From positions 54,861 through 74,860 of the IMG/VR virus record IMGVR_UViG_3300002460_000023: a stretch of DNA of 20,000 nucleotides; one strand, 5' to 3'. Source of the DNA: an uncultured virus (IMG/VR IMGVR_UViG_3300002460_000023) (lineage: Duplodnaviria; Heunggongvirae; Uroviricota; Caudoviricetes). Both the position numbers and the translations under genes were made by a program. This document shows, one piece after another, positions 1-8,599 of this stretch; position 1 is the stretch's first letter; every line of letters starts with the position of its first letter. The notes under the pieces were generated by a model, which worked only from the letters and a program-made list of their open reading frames with translations, was not told where the DNA came from and did not search any database.

Positions 1-176
1 ATCCACATGATCTCCGGTTCCCCGCGACGCATCATCATGCCGTTCATCGCCAGCAGTTGCCCGGCCGTTGCCTGATCTACCATCACTTCCTGACCGTGCT
101 GGACCCGTGCTACTCCCTGTTCCGCCTGCACGTTCCTTGTCGCTTTGCCCATGTACTGCAGGATCATCTTCGCCAC
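1..176 (-). CDS. Hypothetical protein, 5' part only (runs off left edge); overlaps the 3' end of the glycosyltransferase ORF in another frame
   Basis: Near-perfect SD AAGGAGGTG about 7 nt before GTG at 176. Open frame to the window edge: MAKMILQYMGKATRNVQAEQGVARVQHGQEVMVDQATAGQLLAMNGMMMRRGEPEIMW... Confidence 0.6.
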   Translation of the reverse strand, partial: MAKMILQYMGKATRNVQAEQGVARVQHGQEVMVDQATAGQLLAMNGMMMRRGEPEIMW

Positions 177-2565
177 TCTGACTCACCTCCTTCAGCTCCA
201 TGATTTCGTAGATTCTACGCATTTCTTCTTCGTGGTTGTGGTATCGCTCTACAAACGCCCGGTACTGGTCACTGCGAACAGGCGTTTCACTGATGAGGCT
301 GACAGCATCTGCTATGGTATCAAACACAACAGGCAAGTCCGCAAAGTCCTCCTGGCCTTCATAAATTTCACGGGCTCCAGGCCAAGCGTGCACCACAGGC
401 TTGATACCCTTTGCCATCGCCTCAACTACGCTGTAGGGACTACCTTCACAGATAGAGCAGTTGAGCACCTGCCCAATCTTGTGCTTGTCCAACGCCGCGT
501 TTACATCTGTCTGCCAACCAACCCAACGAATGTTGTTGCGCAGGCCCATCTGCTCTACCATGTTCATCGCATATTCTTCAAGCTCTTGCCCCTGCCAACG
601 TCCCATAACGGTCAGGGTGTACTTACTGTCCAACCGTACCAGTTCCAACAGAATCTGTAACAGCATCGGGATACCTTTCTTCCAGTTCAGGTATCCAATG
701 TACACCAGATTATAGCGGTCATCTTTCCGCTGCTGGAAGTCCCACCGGTCTAGCTGAACACTGGAAGGAATTACATGCTCCTGACAGTTTCCAGTGATGT
801 TACCAAAGCGGTGAGCCGCCTGCCGGATATGCTCGCTAGTGAAGATGATGTGGTCAACCTTCTTGAAGTCAACAGCCTGTAGCATCCCTTGGTAGGGTTC
901 GTACCGGTGCACACGGCAGATAACACCAGCGTCAGGGTTCTGGCGAGTGGCCTTCACAAGGTTAGCGTCACCCCATTCGAAGAACAGCCAGTCAGCCCCA
1001 CCAACAAACCGACTGTCGAAAGACTTGTATACTTCTACTTGGTGACCCCGTGCCACAAAGGCATTGATGATGGGTCCGCTGAAACTGCCAATAGCGTCGA
1101 ACACGATGATGTTCGCACCGTTGGCCGCTTTCCTAGCGAGCACCCGGGCTTCAGCCAACCGCCAGAGGGCATGCGCCTCAGCATCTTGCGGCAGGTATTC
1201 CAGCCAGCGCTCCGCAGCAGAAAGGGTCTGCTCCCAGTTCTTCTGCTTCTCGTATAGCTGAGCAAGAAGCTTCCACGGGAGCCAAGTGTAGCACTCCTTC
1301 CGGATCGTTAGAATCGTGCTGGTAGGCAACTTCACGCTGATCGCCTGTTTGAACCAGTGCTCTGCCTCCAGGAGGTCTTCACGGGCCTCTGCGATTTGAC
1401 CCAACGAAATCAGCGTCTCCGCACGATACCAGCAGAGTTTTCTGGCTTCGTGTAGACAAACCAGCACACGCTCCACGACAACAGACTCTTCTTCCCCCCG
1501 CTGTGCCCCAAGAGACATTTCCAGTGTGGCCAACTGCTGCCAACAGTGATACTTGTAAGCCAGCGTTGGCGTTATCTTCGCCAGGTACAGGTACCACGCC
1601 TTGGCTGTTTCATACTCGTGGTGGTCCATGTAAGTGTTAGCAAGGTAGTAGGATGCCCGTTCGTCGAAGGGGTCCCGACCCAGCATCTGCAAGAGGTTAG
1701 CGGTATTCATTGTACCCCGCTGCACCGCCCGCTCCTGCTCCCGCGCCTCTGGCATCATGTGATAGAAGCGAATGACCGGGGCAAACACTGAAACGTTAGC
1801 AGCACCAACAAGCTGATGGTGCGTGTCATACCGGTAGAAATGGTCCTGAATGTTCCTAAAGAGCCTGGGCTGTGTGAACACCATCCCTTGTTCTTCTTCG
1901 CTCTTCGGGTTCATCACAGTGGCCGCCATAACCACCGAGTAGGGAGCAGGCTCCTCACCCTTCTTGTGGTTTACGGCCCCCTCGGTGTAAACACGTATGA
2001 AGGGCAGGCTCGCGTTGTCAAGCTCCTCGTGCCCATCCAGGATCAGAATCCACTGGCCACGAACCTTGCGCTTGGCATTGTTACGCGCCCAAGCGAAGTC
2101 GTTCCGCCACTTGAAGCGAAAAACTACATCGCCAGCCACCAGCGCGACCTTCTCAGTGTCATCGGTACAACTATCATCCACGCCAATGACAACTTCGTCA
2201 ACAACTTCACGGACGCTTTCTATGGACCGCGCCAGCGTGCGTCCTTCATTCTTGACAATCATCATCAAGGTAATGAAGGGGGCCACAATAGGCGTGTCCT
2301 TGAGAACCTCTCCCTCAAAAGGTAGAGGCCAGAACTTCATACCGTCGTAGTCAACCTTTGGCCGGGGATCATCGGCATCCAGCTCAGGCTGGAAACGCGG
2401 CCGGAGCTCATTGTAACGAGCAAGGTCTGCTTCTTGCGTTACAAGTTCGCCTGCAAGAAACCTCTTGTGGAGCTGTGAATACTCCACACACTCTTGCGGC
2501 AGCGCCACCGCAAGGTCAGCCTTCTGCTCTTCAGCCCCTTCGTCCTGCTCAATCTCTTCGGACAC
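1..2565 (-). CDS. GT2-TPR-GT4(GT-B) fusion glycosyltransferase, >=855 aa, stop codon outside window (not in ORF track)
   Basis: Manual translation from GTG at 2565 (GGGGG SD) gives no stop to base 1. GT2 domain: ITLMMIVKNEGRTLARSIESV...VDDSCTDDT...FKWRNDFAWARN...WILILDGHE. TPR-like helices: DPFDERASYYLANTY..EYETAKAWY; AETLISLGQIAEAREDLLEAEHWFKQAI. GT-B C-terminus: EWGD..., CRVHRYE, YIGYLNWKKGIPML, SICEGSPYSVVEAMAKGIKPVV (EX7E). Confidence 0.9.
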   Translation of the reverse strand, partial: MSEEIEQDEGAEEQKADLAVALPQECVEYSQLHKRFLAGELVTQEADLARYNELRPRFQPELDADDPRPKVDYDGMKFWPLPFEGEVLKDTPIVAPFITLMMIVKNEGRTLARSIESVREVVDEVVIGVDDSCTDDTEKVALVAGDVVFRFKWRNDFAWARNNAKRKVRGQWILILDGHEELDNASLPFIRVYTEGAVNHKKGEEPAPYSVVMAATVMNPKSEEEQGMVFTQPRLFRNIQDHFYRYDTHHQLVGAANVSVFAPVIRFYHMMPEAREQERAVQRGTMNTANLLQMLGRDPFDERASYYLANTYMDHHEYETAKAWYLYLAKITPTLAYKYHCWQQLATLEMSLGAQRGEEESVVVERVLVCLHEARKLCWYRAETLISLGQIAEAREDLLEAEHWFKQAISVKLPTSTILTIRKECYTWLPWKLLAQLYEKQKNWEQTLSAAERWLEYLPQDAEAHALWRLAEARVLARKAANGANIIVFDAIGSFSGPIINAFVARGHQVEVYKSFDSRFVGGADWLFFEWGDANLVKATRQNPDAGVICRVHRYEPYQGMLQAVDFKKVDHIIFTSEHIRQAAHRFGNITGNCQEHVIPSSVQLDRWDFQQRKDDRYNLVYIGYLNWKKGIPMLLQILLELVRLDSKYTLTVMGRWQGQELEEYAMNMVEQMGLRNNIRWVGWQTDVNAALDKHKIGQVLNCSICEGSPYSVVEAMAKGIKPVVHAWPGAREIYEGQEDFADLPVVFDTIADAVSLISETPVRSDQYRAFVERYHNHEEEMRRIYEIMELKEVSQSGEDDPAVHGQSDKERAGGTGSSTGPARSGSDGRSGNGRATAGDERHDDASRGTGDHVD

Positions 2566-2585
2566 CTTTGTGACCCCCCTACGTG

Positions 2586-3044
2586 TTAGACGTCAGAACT
2601 CTCGTGCATTGTTACTTCAAGCACGATTTCCACGGTACGCAGTTCCTGTTTCAGATTACCCACTATATCTGTTGAAATGATACGGAAGCTGCCGCAGAGG
2701 TTGTTAAGGCTCAAGTCCTTTACCCCGGCAGAGCGGTGTGTACAGATAGCCTTCTTCATGTCTGCCATGAAGAGCAAAGCTCTCTCGTTGGGGTGCTTTG
2801 TATCCTTGGTGTAACCCCACAACAGGAGTGTCCAGGCGCCCGTCCTATCTTGGTTGCCTATCTGCCCACCAGCGAAACGGTCGGTATCGATGAGAATGTA
2901 AACAACTGGAAAGTGATTGTGGTCTGTTGGCAGCTCAAACTTCTTCCAATGAACTTCCTTCACCACTTCCGTGTAGGACCCGGTGCCGTCAATCTCTTCG
3001 AGCCGCAGCTCCAACTCGTCCAGTATGGCAGTGTGAACGCTCAC
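2586..3044 (-). CDS. Probable tail terminator / tail completion protein
   Basis: 152 aa, directly after the gp10-like gene with GTGA-type overlap. Pattern AILDELELRLEEI...FPVVYI...D...LWGY...FMADMKKAI...DLSLNNLC resembles lambda gpU/SPP1 gp17-like proteins. Assignment rests mainly on synteny. Confidence 0.6.
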   Translation of the reverse strand: MSVHTAILDELELRLEEIDGTGSYTEVVKEVHWKKFELPTDHNHFPVVYILIDTDRFAGGQIGNQDRTGAWTLLLWGYTKDTKHPNERALLFMADMKKAICTHRSAGVKDLSLNNLCGSFRIISTDIVGNLKQELRTVEIVLEVTMHESSDV

Positions 3045-3613
3045 TTGGATAAGCTCGAAACAACGGTGCGGCCGTACACAGCAGCGAGAGTAGCATCAAT
3101 GGATGCTTTGTTATCTTGCAAAGCCGGGCCTAGGAAGGGCCGCTTGGGCATGCGTACTTGCTTCACAAGAAGGAAGACAGGCTCACCCGTTTCCCCGTCG
3201 ATGACAACATACCCGCTACCCGACGGCTGCACAAAGCTGTTGGTGAGCTCCCTAGGGCTCCTGTAGCCATCTTTGAGGGGTATTGCCAAATAGCTCTGAT
3301 GCCTAGGGCGGATAACACCACCCTTTTCGTGAATTGCAGCGTACTTGGAATCCGCGATAACTTCAGCGATCATTCCAGTCGCTGTCATTCGTGGCGGGGG
3401 TGTTCTCAGACTGTTGTAAAGCCTTTTTGTAATGACATCTAGCCGTGTCGGTCTGGGCCCCCGCAGATACCGATGCCGAGCCGTGTAGACAACCTTCTTT
3501 TGAATAGCCACTAGGGCAAAAAACATGTTAGCACGAAGCCTTACATCCAGCAGCTTCACAAGAGAAGCGTACTGGGGGCCAACCAGATTGCCCCTGATAG
3601 TGAGCGTCAGCAC
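3041..3613 (-). CDS. HK97 gp10-like / phage virion morphogenesis (neck) protein
   Basis: Motifs ITKRLYNSL, KYAAIHEKGGVIRP, YLAIP, KQVRMPKRPFLGPAL are typical of this family; neck-module position. Confidence 0.8.
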   Translation of the reverse strand: MLTLTIRGNLVGPQYASLVKLLDVRLRANMFFALVAIQKKVVYTARHRYLRGPRPTRLDVITKRLYNSLRTPPPRMTATGMIAEVIADSKYAAIHEKGGVIRPRHQSYLAIPLKDGYRSPRELTNSFVQPSGSGYVVIDGETGEPVFLLVKQVRMPKRPFLGPALQDNKASIDATLAAVYGRTVVSSLSK

Positions 3614-4617
3614 TAGAGAACCCTTCCAGCGTAGTCACGGATTACCCGAATAATCCGCTTAGGCACGTCCCCAGCCAGATAGTTGATAGTGCCCGGCTGA
3701 CCGCTGGTACTGCTGATACCAAACCGGTTGGAACCACCCCCAGTTCCGCTTGTCTGTTCGTACAGGTAGGCAACCCACTCGCAAGCCGCCCACTTAAGGT
3801 CATCGGGAACCGTGCCAGAGGGAGTGTTCGTTGTATAAGCTAGCGCCCCTGTCTTGTTAGCGGCCGAAGTAGCACCCGTGTCAAAGCCAATGAGAGAGGC
3901 AAAATTAGCGTGCGCGGCAACCCATCCGGAACCAGCCGTATGGAGCATTACCTCAAAGGTAGAGCCCGCGCTCGTAATCGTGAATTTACGGAGACCGGAG
4001 TCGTAGGTTACTGTAAACGTATCTGGCGTCAACGCCGCTGTCAGGGCCACATCAATGGCCGCTGCCAGTTCTTCCGCTGTATAATCCTGGCCAAAGTCAG
4101 GCGGGGGGATTGTTGCATTGACCCAAGAAGGTGTCACGGCAGTACGGTTAACACGCAACAGGTCGTTGAAGCCGGCTTGCACCTTGTAGAGGGCATAACC
4201 ACCGACGTAGACACACTTGATATTCTGCTTGGAAGGGTAGAACATACCCCCACCGATGCGCTGCCCACCACCAAGCAGCTTGACCCAACCGTAAGGCGTG
4301 ATGACATAGGTGTCTGTAGCGAGGGCTGTCGAGTAGTCTAGGCCCGGATCATCATACAGGTTTGTCACTGACACAACAGGCTTACCCTTCAACGGGATGC
4401 TGTAACGCCACGTCTCCCCGTCGAAGAATTCGGTGTGTTCCCCACGGATAAACGACCGGCCGGTTATTCTCTCAACCTCGCCAGTCACGATGTTAATGAG
4501 CTGCGTAATGGTCGTATCCTTGTCCTCGTCAGCATCGGCAACCGTAAACCCGCGATGCCTAGAGACTTCGGCGAGGCTACAAAGAGCCCGTGGACTGATT
4601 GCGATTGAACTTGCCAT
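3613..4617 (-). CDS. Head-tail connector (HK97 gp6/SPP1 gp15-like) with ~125-aa internal insertion
   Basis: N-terminal LCSLAEV...D..ITQLI...EVERITGRSF...TEFFDG...PVVSVT; NIKCVYVGGY ... VPDDLKWAACEWVAYLY; C-terminal VP..I..VI..Y. Confidence 0.8.
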   Translation of the reverse strand: MASSIAISPRALCSLAEVSRHRGFTVADADEDKDTTITQLINIVTGEVERITGRSFIRGEHTEFFDGETWRYSIPLKGKPVVSVTNLYDDPGLDYSTALATDTYVITPYGWVKLLGGGQRIGGGMFYPSKQNIKCVYVGGYALYKVQAGFNDLLRVNRTAVTPSWVNATIPPPDFGQDYTAEELAAAIDVALTAALTPDTFTVTYDSGLRKFTITSAGSTFEVMLHTAGSGWVAAHANFASLIGFDTGATSAANKTGALAYTTNTPSGTVPDDLKWAACEWVAYLYEQTSGTGGGSNRFGISSTSGQPGTINYLAGDVPKRIIRVIRDYAGRVL

Positions 4618-4647
4618 TGCCTACCCGACAACCCCCATGCTCTGCTT

Positions 4648-5142
4648 CTACTGAGACGCAGCCACCGCTTTGGCAGCCAGCTTTGCCATGATGAAGTCCA
4701 CCAGCATTTCCTTACCCCCGGCCGCCGCAGTACCGCGGGGAACCATTTCACCTTCTCCGGCTTCCTGTGCGGCCATTTTTCTGAGAACGTTCAAGCTCTT
4801 CACCAACAGGTCCTCACGGGTAACCCCTCCTGGCAGGTCCCCGGCGTCAACGACGGACAGTGCTTCGCCGTTTGTTCCGCCGCCTGCGTCCTGACCCACG
4901 GTTTCCACACGCGCCGCCTTGTTGCCAATCCAGAAGTTCTTCGGAAACTTCTGCATGAGGACCCGTGTCTGCTGGGGTGTCAACATCTGGCGGCGAGTAG
5001 CTGTGTCGAAGAAAATCCCGGATACCCCACCGTTGTAAGCATCCCGGCCGTAGCCCGGCTGGAAGTTCACGGGAACCATACCATCAGGGTCCAGATACAT
5101 CTGAATCAGCTCTTCCACCGCTTCTACGCTCAGATCAGACAT
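4648..5142 (-). CDS. Hypothetical head-module protein with C-terminal Rho-N/HeH-like helical motif
   Basis: 164 aa, GGAGGT SD, overlaps the upstream GT gene by 8 nt. C-terminal TREDLLVKSLNVLRKMAAQE...KEMLVDFI resembles Rho-N/HeH-type motifs often seen downstream of capsid genes. Confidence 0.55.
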   Translation of the reverse strand: MSDLSVEAVEELIQMYLDPDGMVPVNFQPGYGRDAYNGGVSGIFFDTATRRQMLTPQQTRVLMQKFPKNFWIGNKAARVETVGQDAGGGTNGEALSVVDAGDLPGGVTREDLLVKSLNVLRKMAAQEAGEGEMVPRGTAAAGGKEMLVDFIMAKLAAKAVAASQ

Positions 5143-6166
5143 TAACCTCTACCTCCTGATTGGTTTCCTTGTCCTCACGCTTCTCTACGGGTTCTGGCTC
5201 CTTGACCCCCAAAGCCGACAGCATGGCGTGTCGAGCTTGGGCATAGCTAAACGTGCTGTGAACCGCCCTGTAAGCAAACTCGGAAACTTCCTTGTAGAAG
5301 GCGGTGTCCATCGCCAGTTGAATTAGAGCTGAAAACTTGCCTTCAGTGTCTTCCCGGTCGAAGCAAATCCGCGGGAAAAGCCGCCGCATCGCATAGCTGC
5401 TCGCGTTGCCTACACAGGGCACGCCAAGAGCAGCACACTCGCCGACGACACGCCCAAAGATGGAACACGTGTGCGTGTCAAAGACAACCCAGCTCTTGGC
5501 AAGGCGGCGAATCCAGGCCGCGTAGTTTTCCTGGCTCAAAAACCAGTCAAACATGTTGGGCAGGCGGTTTGTCAGTTCTTGGGGTGGCGCCACCATTGCC
5601 AGAGACACTCCGTTGCCAACGTGTTTGCCAAAGCCCTCGCTCAGCCGCTTCTGCACGGCACTCGTTAGAAGCCACGCCTCCGAAATCTGCATATCGTAGC
5701 GATGCACTACGGAATGAATGTTACGCGGGCGCTCGTTATAGCGCACGGCAAATGAAGAAACCGTAGTGCTTATCGGATGGGGAATAACGTGGACGGGCCT
5801 GTGCAGTGCTGTTTCCAGCAAGTGAGCCCCACGCGGCTCAACGTGGAAGATCACGTTGGCCTTATCCAGCTCTCTAAGCCATAAGCGAGCTTGGTCGAAG
5901 TGCCTGGACCACGAATCTACCGCGTAGTCGCAGTTTACTACAAGCTGGCAAGAAGTGCCACGGCAAGCCTCGGATAGCTCGCCAAGAAGCCCAAGGCTTG
6001 CCGTGGTCAGGTTCAGATGAACAGCATCGAAGTTTGCCGGTACCTGCTTTGGCGGCATCGAGCCTACCTGACCCCGCATGGCGCTAGGCCAGTGAAACAG
6101 ACCCGATAGAAGCAGTCCCTCATCAAGGGCAGGCTCGGGCTGGTAGCTGTAGAGCAAGTAGCGCAT
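5135..6166 (-). CDS. GT-B fold (GT4-like) glycosyltransferase
   Basis: 343 aa. DAVHLN..., ELDKANVIFHV..., VHVIPHPI, and donor-binding signature WIRRLAKSWVVFDTHTCSIFGRVVGECAALGVPCVG...LFP. Confidence 0.8.
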   Translation of the reverse strand: MRYLLYSYQPEPALDEGLLLSGLFHWPSAMRGQVGSMPPKQVPANFDAVHLNLTTASLGLLGELSEACRGTSCQLVVNCDYAVDSWSRHFDQARLWLRELDKANVIFHVEPRGAHLLETALHRPVHVIPHPISTTVSSFAVRYNERPRNIHSVVHRYDMQISEAWLLTSAVQKRLSEGFGKHVGNGVSLAMVAPPQELTNRLPNMFDWFLSQENYAAWIRRLAKSWVVFDTHTCSIFGRVVGECAALGVPCVGNASSYAMRRLFPRICFDREDTEGKFSALIQLAMDTAFYKEVSEFAYRAVHSTFSYAQARHAMLSALGVKEPEPVEKREDKETNQEVEVNV

Positions 6167-6183
6167 TGAATAGACCCCCGTGT

Positions 6184-6230
6184 TCAGTTAGTTAGCGGTA
6201 GCTTTACTTTCGCCACCGCTAACTAACTGA
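6184..6230 (-). other. Long intergenic stem-loop (about 19 bp) between decoration gene and GT gene
   Basis: Minus strand TCAGTTAGTTAGCGGTGGC-gaaagtaaa-GCTACCGCTAACTAACTGA: 16 bp perfect plus 3 bp including one G-U. No U-tract follows. Confidence 0.85.
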
Positions 6231-6239
6231 TACGCGCTA

Positions 6240-7334
6240 TCAGCTCACCAAGCGGGCGCCGTCCTGGATGCGGAAGCCCCACTTGACCAGCACGACCTGA
6301 TTCTCCGTGTAGGTCGTCCCACCGGGCATGAAGGCGATGATGCGGAGGTCCTGCGTTGTGGAACCCGCATCGTTCGTCAGCTTGTGCCCAGTGAACCAAA
6401 TGAGGGCCTTGTCTTCAATGACCGTGGACCCCAGCGGGAAGTAGCTGTAGCCGTCCACCTGGACCCACGCCACGTCGTAGTCGGCCCCGCCAGTACCCCC
6501 GATGGCCACGGGGCCAAGGTGGTTGGAACCCGCCGCTGAAGCTGCGGCGACAGTGCCACCCGGCTGTGCCAACGCCGCGATGTTTCCACGGCTCAACGTT
6601 GAGCCACTGGTGATGACGAACGGCTGGCAGCGTCCGTAGACCGGGCCATAGCCGTTGCCGAACTTGTAGCGCACGATCTCATCGACGGACATGTCCTCAC
6701 CAGCAGCCACGTCGGCGTCCACTTCCAGGCGGATGGCTTCCACCTTGTTGCGCGCGAAGCTGGTGATGGCCACTTCCAGCCGCTGCCAGTTGGTACCGGC
6801 GAGCATGGCGGGCACGTTAACAGCCGTCTGCCACACACCGTCGTTCTTGATGTTCAGCTTCAGATCGCCCGCGGTACCGAAGTCAGCCGTGGTGTCCGAC
6901 TTGGCCCACCACCCCAGGAAGTCGGTGTCTTCCCAGTTGGCTGACCCAACTTCCTGAGCCAACCCGGTACCGGCACCCGTCGGAATGGCGGCCCCACCGT
7001 CGATGTCGTTCGTTGAGACGTACACCGTCCCCTCATCGGCGGCCAGGATCTGGGCCGTGGCCGTGATCTTGAATCCAGCGCCAACGACCGCCGTGGCAAC
7101 CGTGGCCACGTCCAGCGTACCGCTTGTCGTTTCATCCCACGTTGCGACCGCCCCGGCGTGCACCAGACGAATAAAGTTGATACCGTTGGCGAGCCGGTGC
7201 TCATCCAGAAAGTCCAGCAGCCCTTCAGCGCGGTCGTTGTCGTTGTCGCTGACCTTGAAAGCATTCCGCAGGCTGCCGACGTGCGACCGAACACGCGCCA
7301 ACTGGTTGGAAACCCCTGCTTGGCCGTAGCCCAT
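6240..7334 (-). CDS. Probable capsid decoration / head-fibre protein with internal carbohydrate-binding-like beta-sandwich
   Basis: 364 aa, Ala/Gly/Thr-rich, with the same strong C/G third-position bias as the capsid gene. Middle NWEDTDFLGWWAKSD...NWQRLEVAI...VEAIRLEVD...SVDEI resembles a jelly-roll/CBM. C-terminal TLSRGNIAAL...AAASAAG..HLGPVA...AWVQVDG resembles cement/DUF2190-like domains. Confidence 0.6.
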   Translation of the reverse strand: MGYGQAGVSNQLARVRSHVGSLRNAFKVSDNDNDRAEGLLDFLDEHRLANGINFIRLVHAGAVATWDETTSGTLDVATVATAVVGAGFKITATAQILAADEGTVYVSTNDIDGGAAIPTGAGTGLAQEVGSANWEDTDFLGWWAKSDTTADFGTAGDLKLNIKNDGVWQTAVNVPAMLAGTNWQRLEVAITSFARNKVEAIRLEVDADVAAGEDMSVDEIVRYKFGNGYGPVYGRCQPFVITSGSTLSRGNIAALAQPGGTVAAASAAGSNHLGPVAIGGTGGADYDVAWVQVDGYSYFPLGSTVIEDKALIWFTGHKLTNDAGSTTQDLRIIAFMPGGTTYTENQVVLVKWGFRIQDGARLVS

Positions 7335-7442
7335 TGTTACTTTCCCCTTTCGCGCCTAAATCTCTCTTACGAGAGCCGTGGGCGCATTTTGGAGGGTCTA
7401 ACCTGTTTGCCGGGGCAAGCCCGCCCGGCTTCGGGTTTCCGC

Positions 7443-7646
7443 TTACGCGACGGTAAACGTGTCTGTAGAAGGTGTGTAAGTGCCCGTTGTTGCTGCGGGG
7501 TTATCCGGTGGTAACCCGCTGACCAGCGTGAAGTCAATCGTGCCATCTGTGTTGATGGTGTAAGTGTCGATGTTGTCCGGGTGCGTGTCCAGACGCTTTG
7601 CCAAAAACCACTGAGGACGCTTCTGCAAGGCGGCGATGGCGGACAT
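7443..7646 (-). CDS. Small Thr-rich hypothetical virion protein (paralog B)
   Basis: 67 aa, SD GAGGT; aligns with the adjacent 70-aa gene. Confidence 0.75.
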   Translation of the reverse strand: MSAIAALQKRPQWFLAKRLDTHPDNIDTYTINTDGTIDFTLVSGLPPDNPAATTGTYTPSTDTFTVA

Positions 7647-7655
7647 TTCGACCTC

Positions 7656-7868
7656 TTACGGTGCTACCAACGTGTGAGTCTGCTTGTGGGGGTTGTAGGT
7701 TCCCACTGTAGCCGTGCCGCCATCCAGAGCCCCTGTCAGCGTGAAGTCGATCGTATGCCCAGAAGGGTCGGCCGGCAACGTGATGGTAGCGATGTTATCA
7801 ACCGGAGTGTTGATCGTCCCCGCGATGATGCGCTTCCACCGGCGTTCATTGTGGCTGATTGTTGGCAT
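7656..7868 (-). CDS. Small Thr-rich hypothetical virion protein (paralog A)
   Basis: 70 aa, SD GGAGG located inside the HNH 3' end. Shares DNI.T.T...D...TIDFTL...D...AT.GTY.P with 7443..7646. Confidence 0.75.
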   Translation of the reverse strand: MPTISHNERRWKRIIAGTINTPVDNIATITLPADPSGHTIDFTLTGALDGGTATVGTYNPHKQTHTLVAP

Positions 7869-8598
7869 TGCTGCCTCCCTGTTTCTTCTTCGTTGACCAG
7901 AAAACCTTGCTCCTAGCTTCTGAGACGCTTTTGCTGATCCGTGCCTTATGCTCCTCTGTCAGAGGCTTACCACCAAAATGGATCCGTGCATGGCAACGAC
8001 GGCATACGAGCTTTAGCTTGCTTATTTCGTTTTTGTTGATGTCACCATCAAGGTGATGAACCTCAAGCCTGCTTTCGCTGCCATCGTGCCCGCACAATTC
8101 GCAGCAGCCGCCAGACCGCTCCCAGACGTCTTTCCGAATGTAGTGAAATTCCCGAGGATAGTACTTGTGGGACGGGTACCTCTCGGGTGTGACACCGCCT
8201 TTCCAGTTGGGATTGCCTTCAGCCACGATGCTAACCCTAGGCCCGCGCATGCTGGCGATGTGCTCTTTCGTCTTCGCTCTACCATACAGCGGGTGGTCGG
8301 GGCCTTGCCGGCTCCTCATGGGGTCTTGCCGCATCTTAGCACGGGCTTCTTCGCTATGCTTCTTACCCGCGAAGGGGTTACCCGTACCAGTACAGCCTTT
8401 CTTACGACAGGCTGCTGAACAGAAGCGATAACCCTCAGACTTGATCCGGACCGCTGGGTAAACCCCAGGAAACCCCGCGCCACACACTTCACAGCAGATA
8501 CGCAGCCTACCATACTTCCTGAAGTGCATTTCCAACAGTGGCTTCCAGTTGGGATTCTTAGTGCCAGCAACCTTTCGTGCAAACGCGCTATTACCCAT
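7846..8598 (-). CDS. Free-standing HNH homing endonuclease with Zn-finger and NUMOD3-like repeats
   Basis: CEVCG...FCSAAC; NPFAGKKHSEEARAKMR, HPLYGRAKTKEHIASMR, GKPLTEEHKARIS; NPNWKGG; CELCG...LEVHHLDGDINKNEISKLKLVCRRCHARIH. Confidence 0.92.
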   Translation of the reverse strand: MGNSAFARKVAGTKNPNWKPLLEMHFRKYGRLRICCEVCGAGFPGVYPAVRIKSEGYRFCSAACRKKGCTGTGNPFAGKKHSEEARAKMRQDPMRSRQGPDHPLYGRAKTKEHIASMRGPRVSIVAEGNPNWKGGVTPERYPSHKYYPREFHYIRKDVWERSGGCCELCGHDGSESRLEVHHLDGDINKNEISKLKLVCRRCHARIHFGGKPLTEEHKARISKSVSEARSKVFWSTKKKQGGSNANNQPQ

Positions 8599-8599
8599 T

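Noticed and set aside
145..2680. Several plus-strand ORFs (145-660, 889-1257, 1816-2325 and others)
   Set aside because: All are antisense to the continuous minus-strand glycosyltransferase, which has clear motifs.
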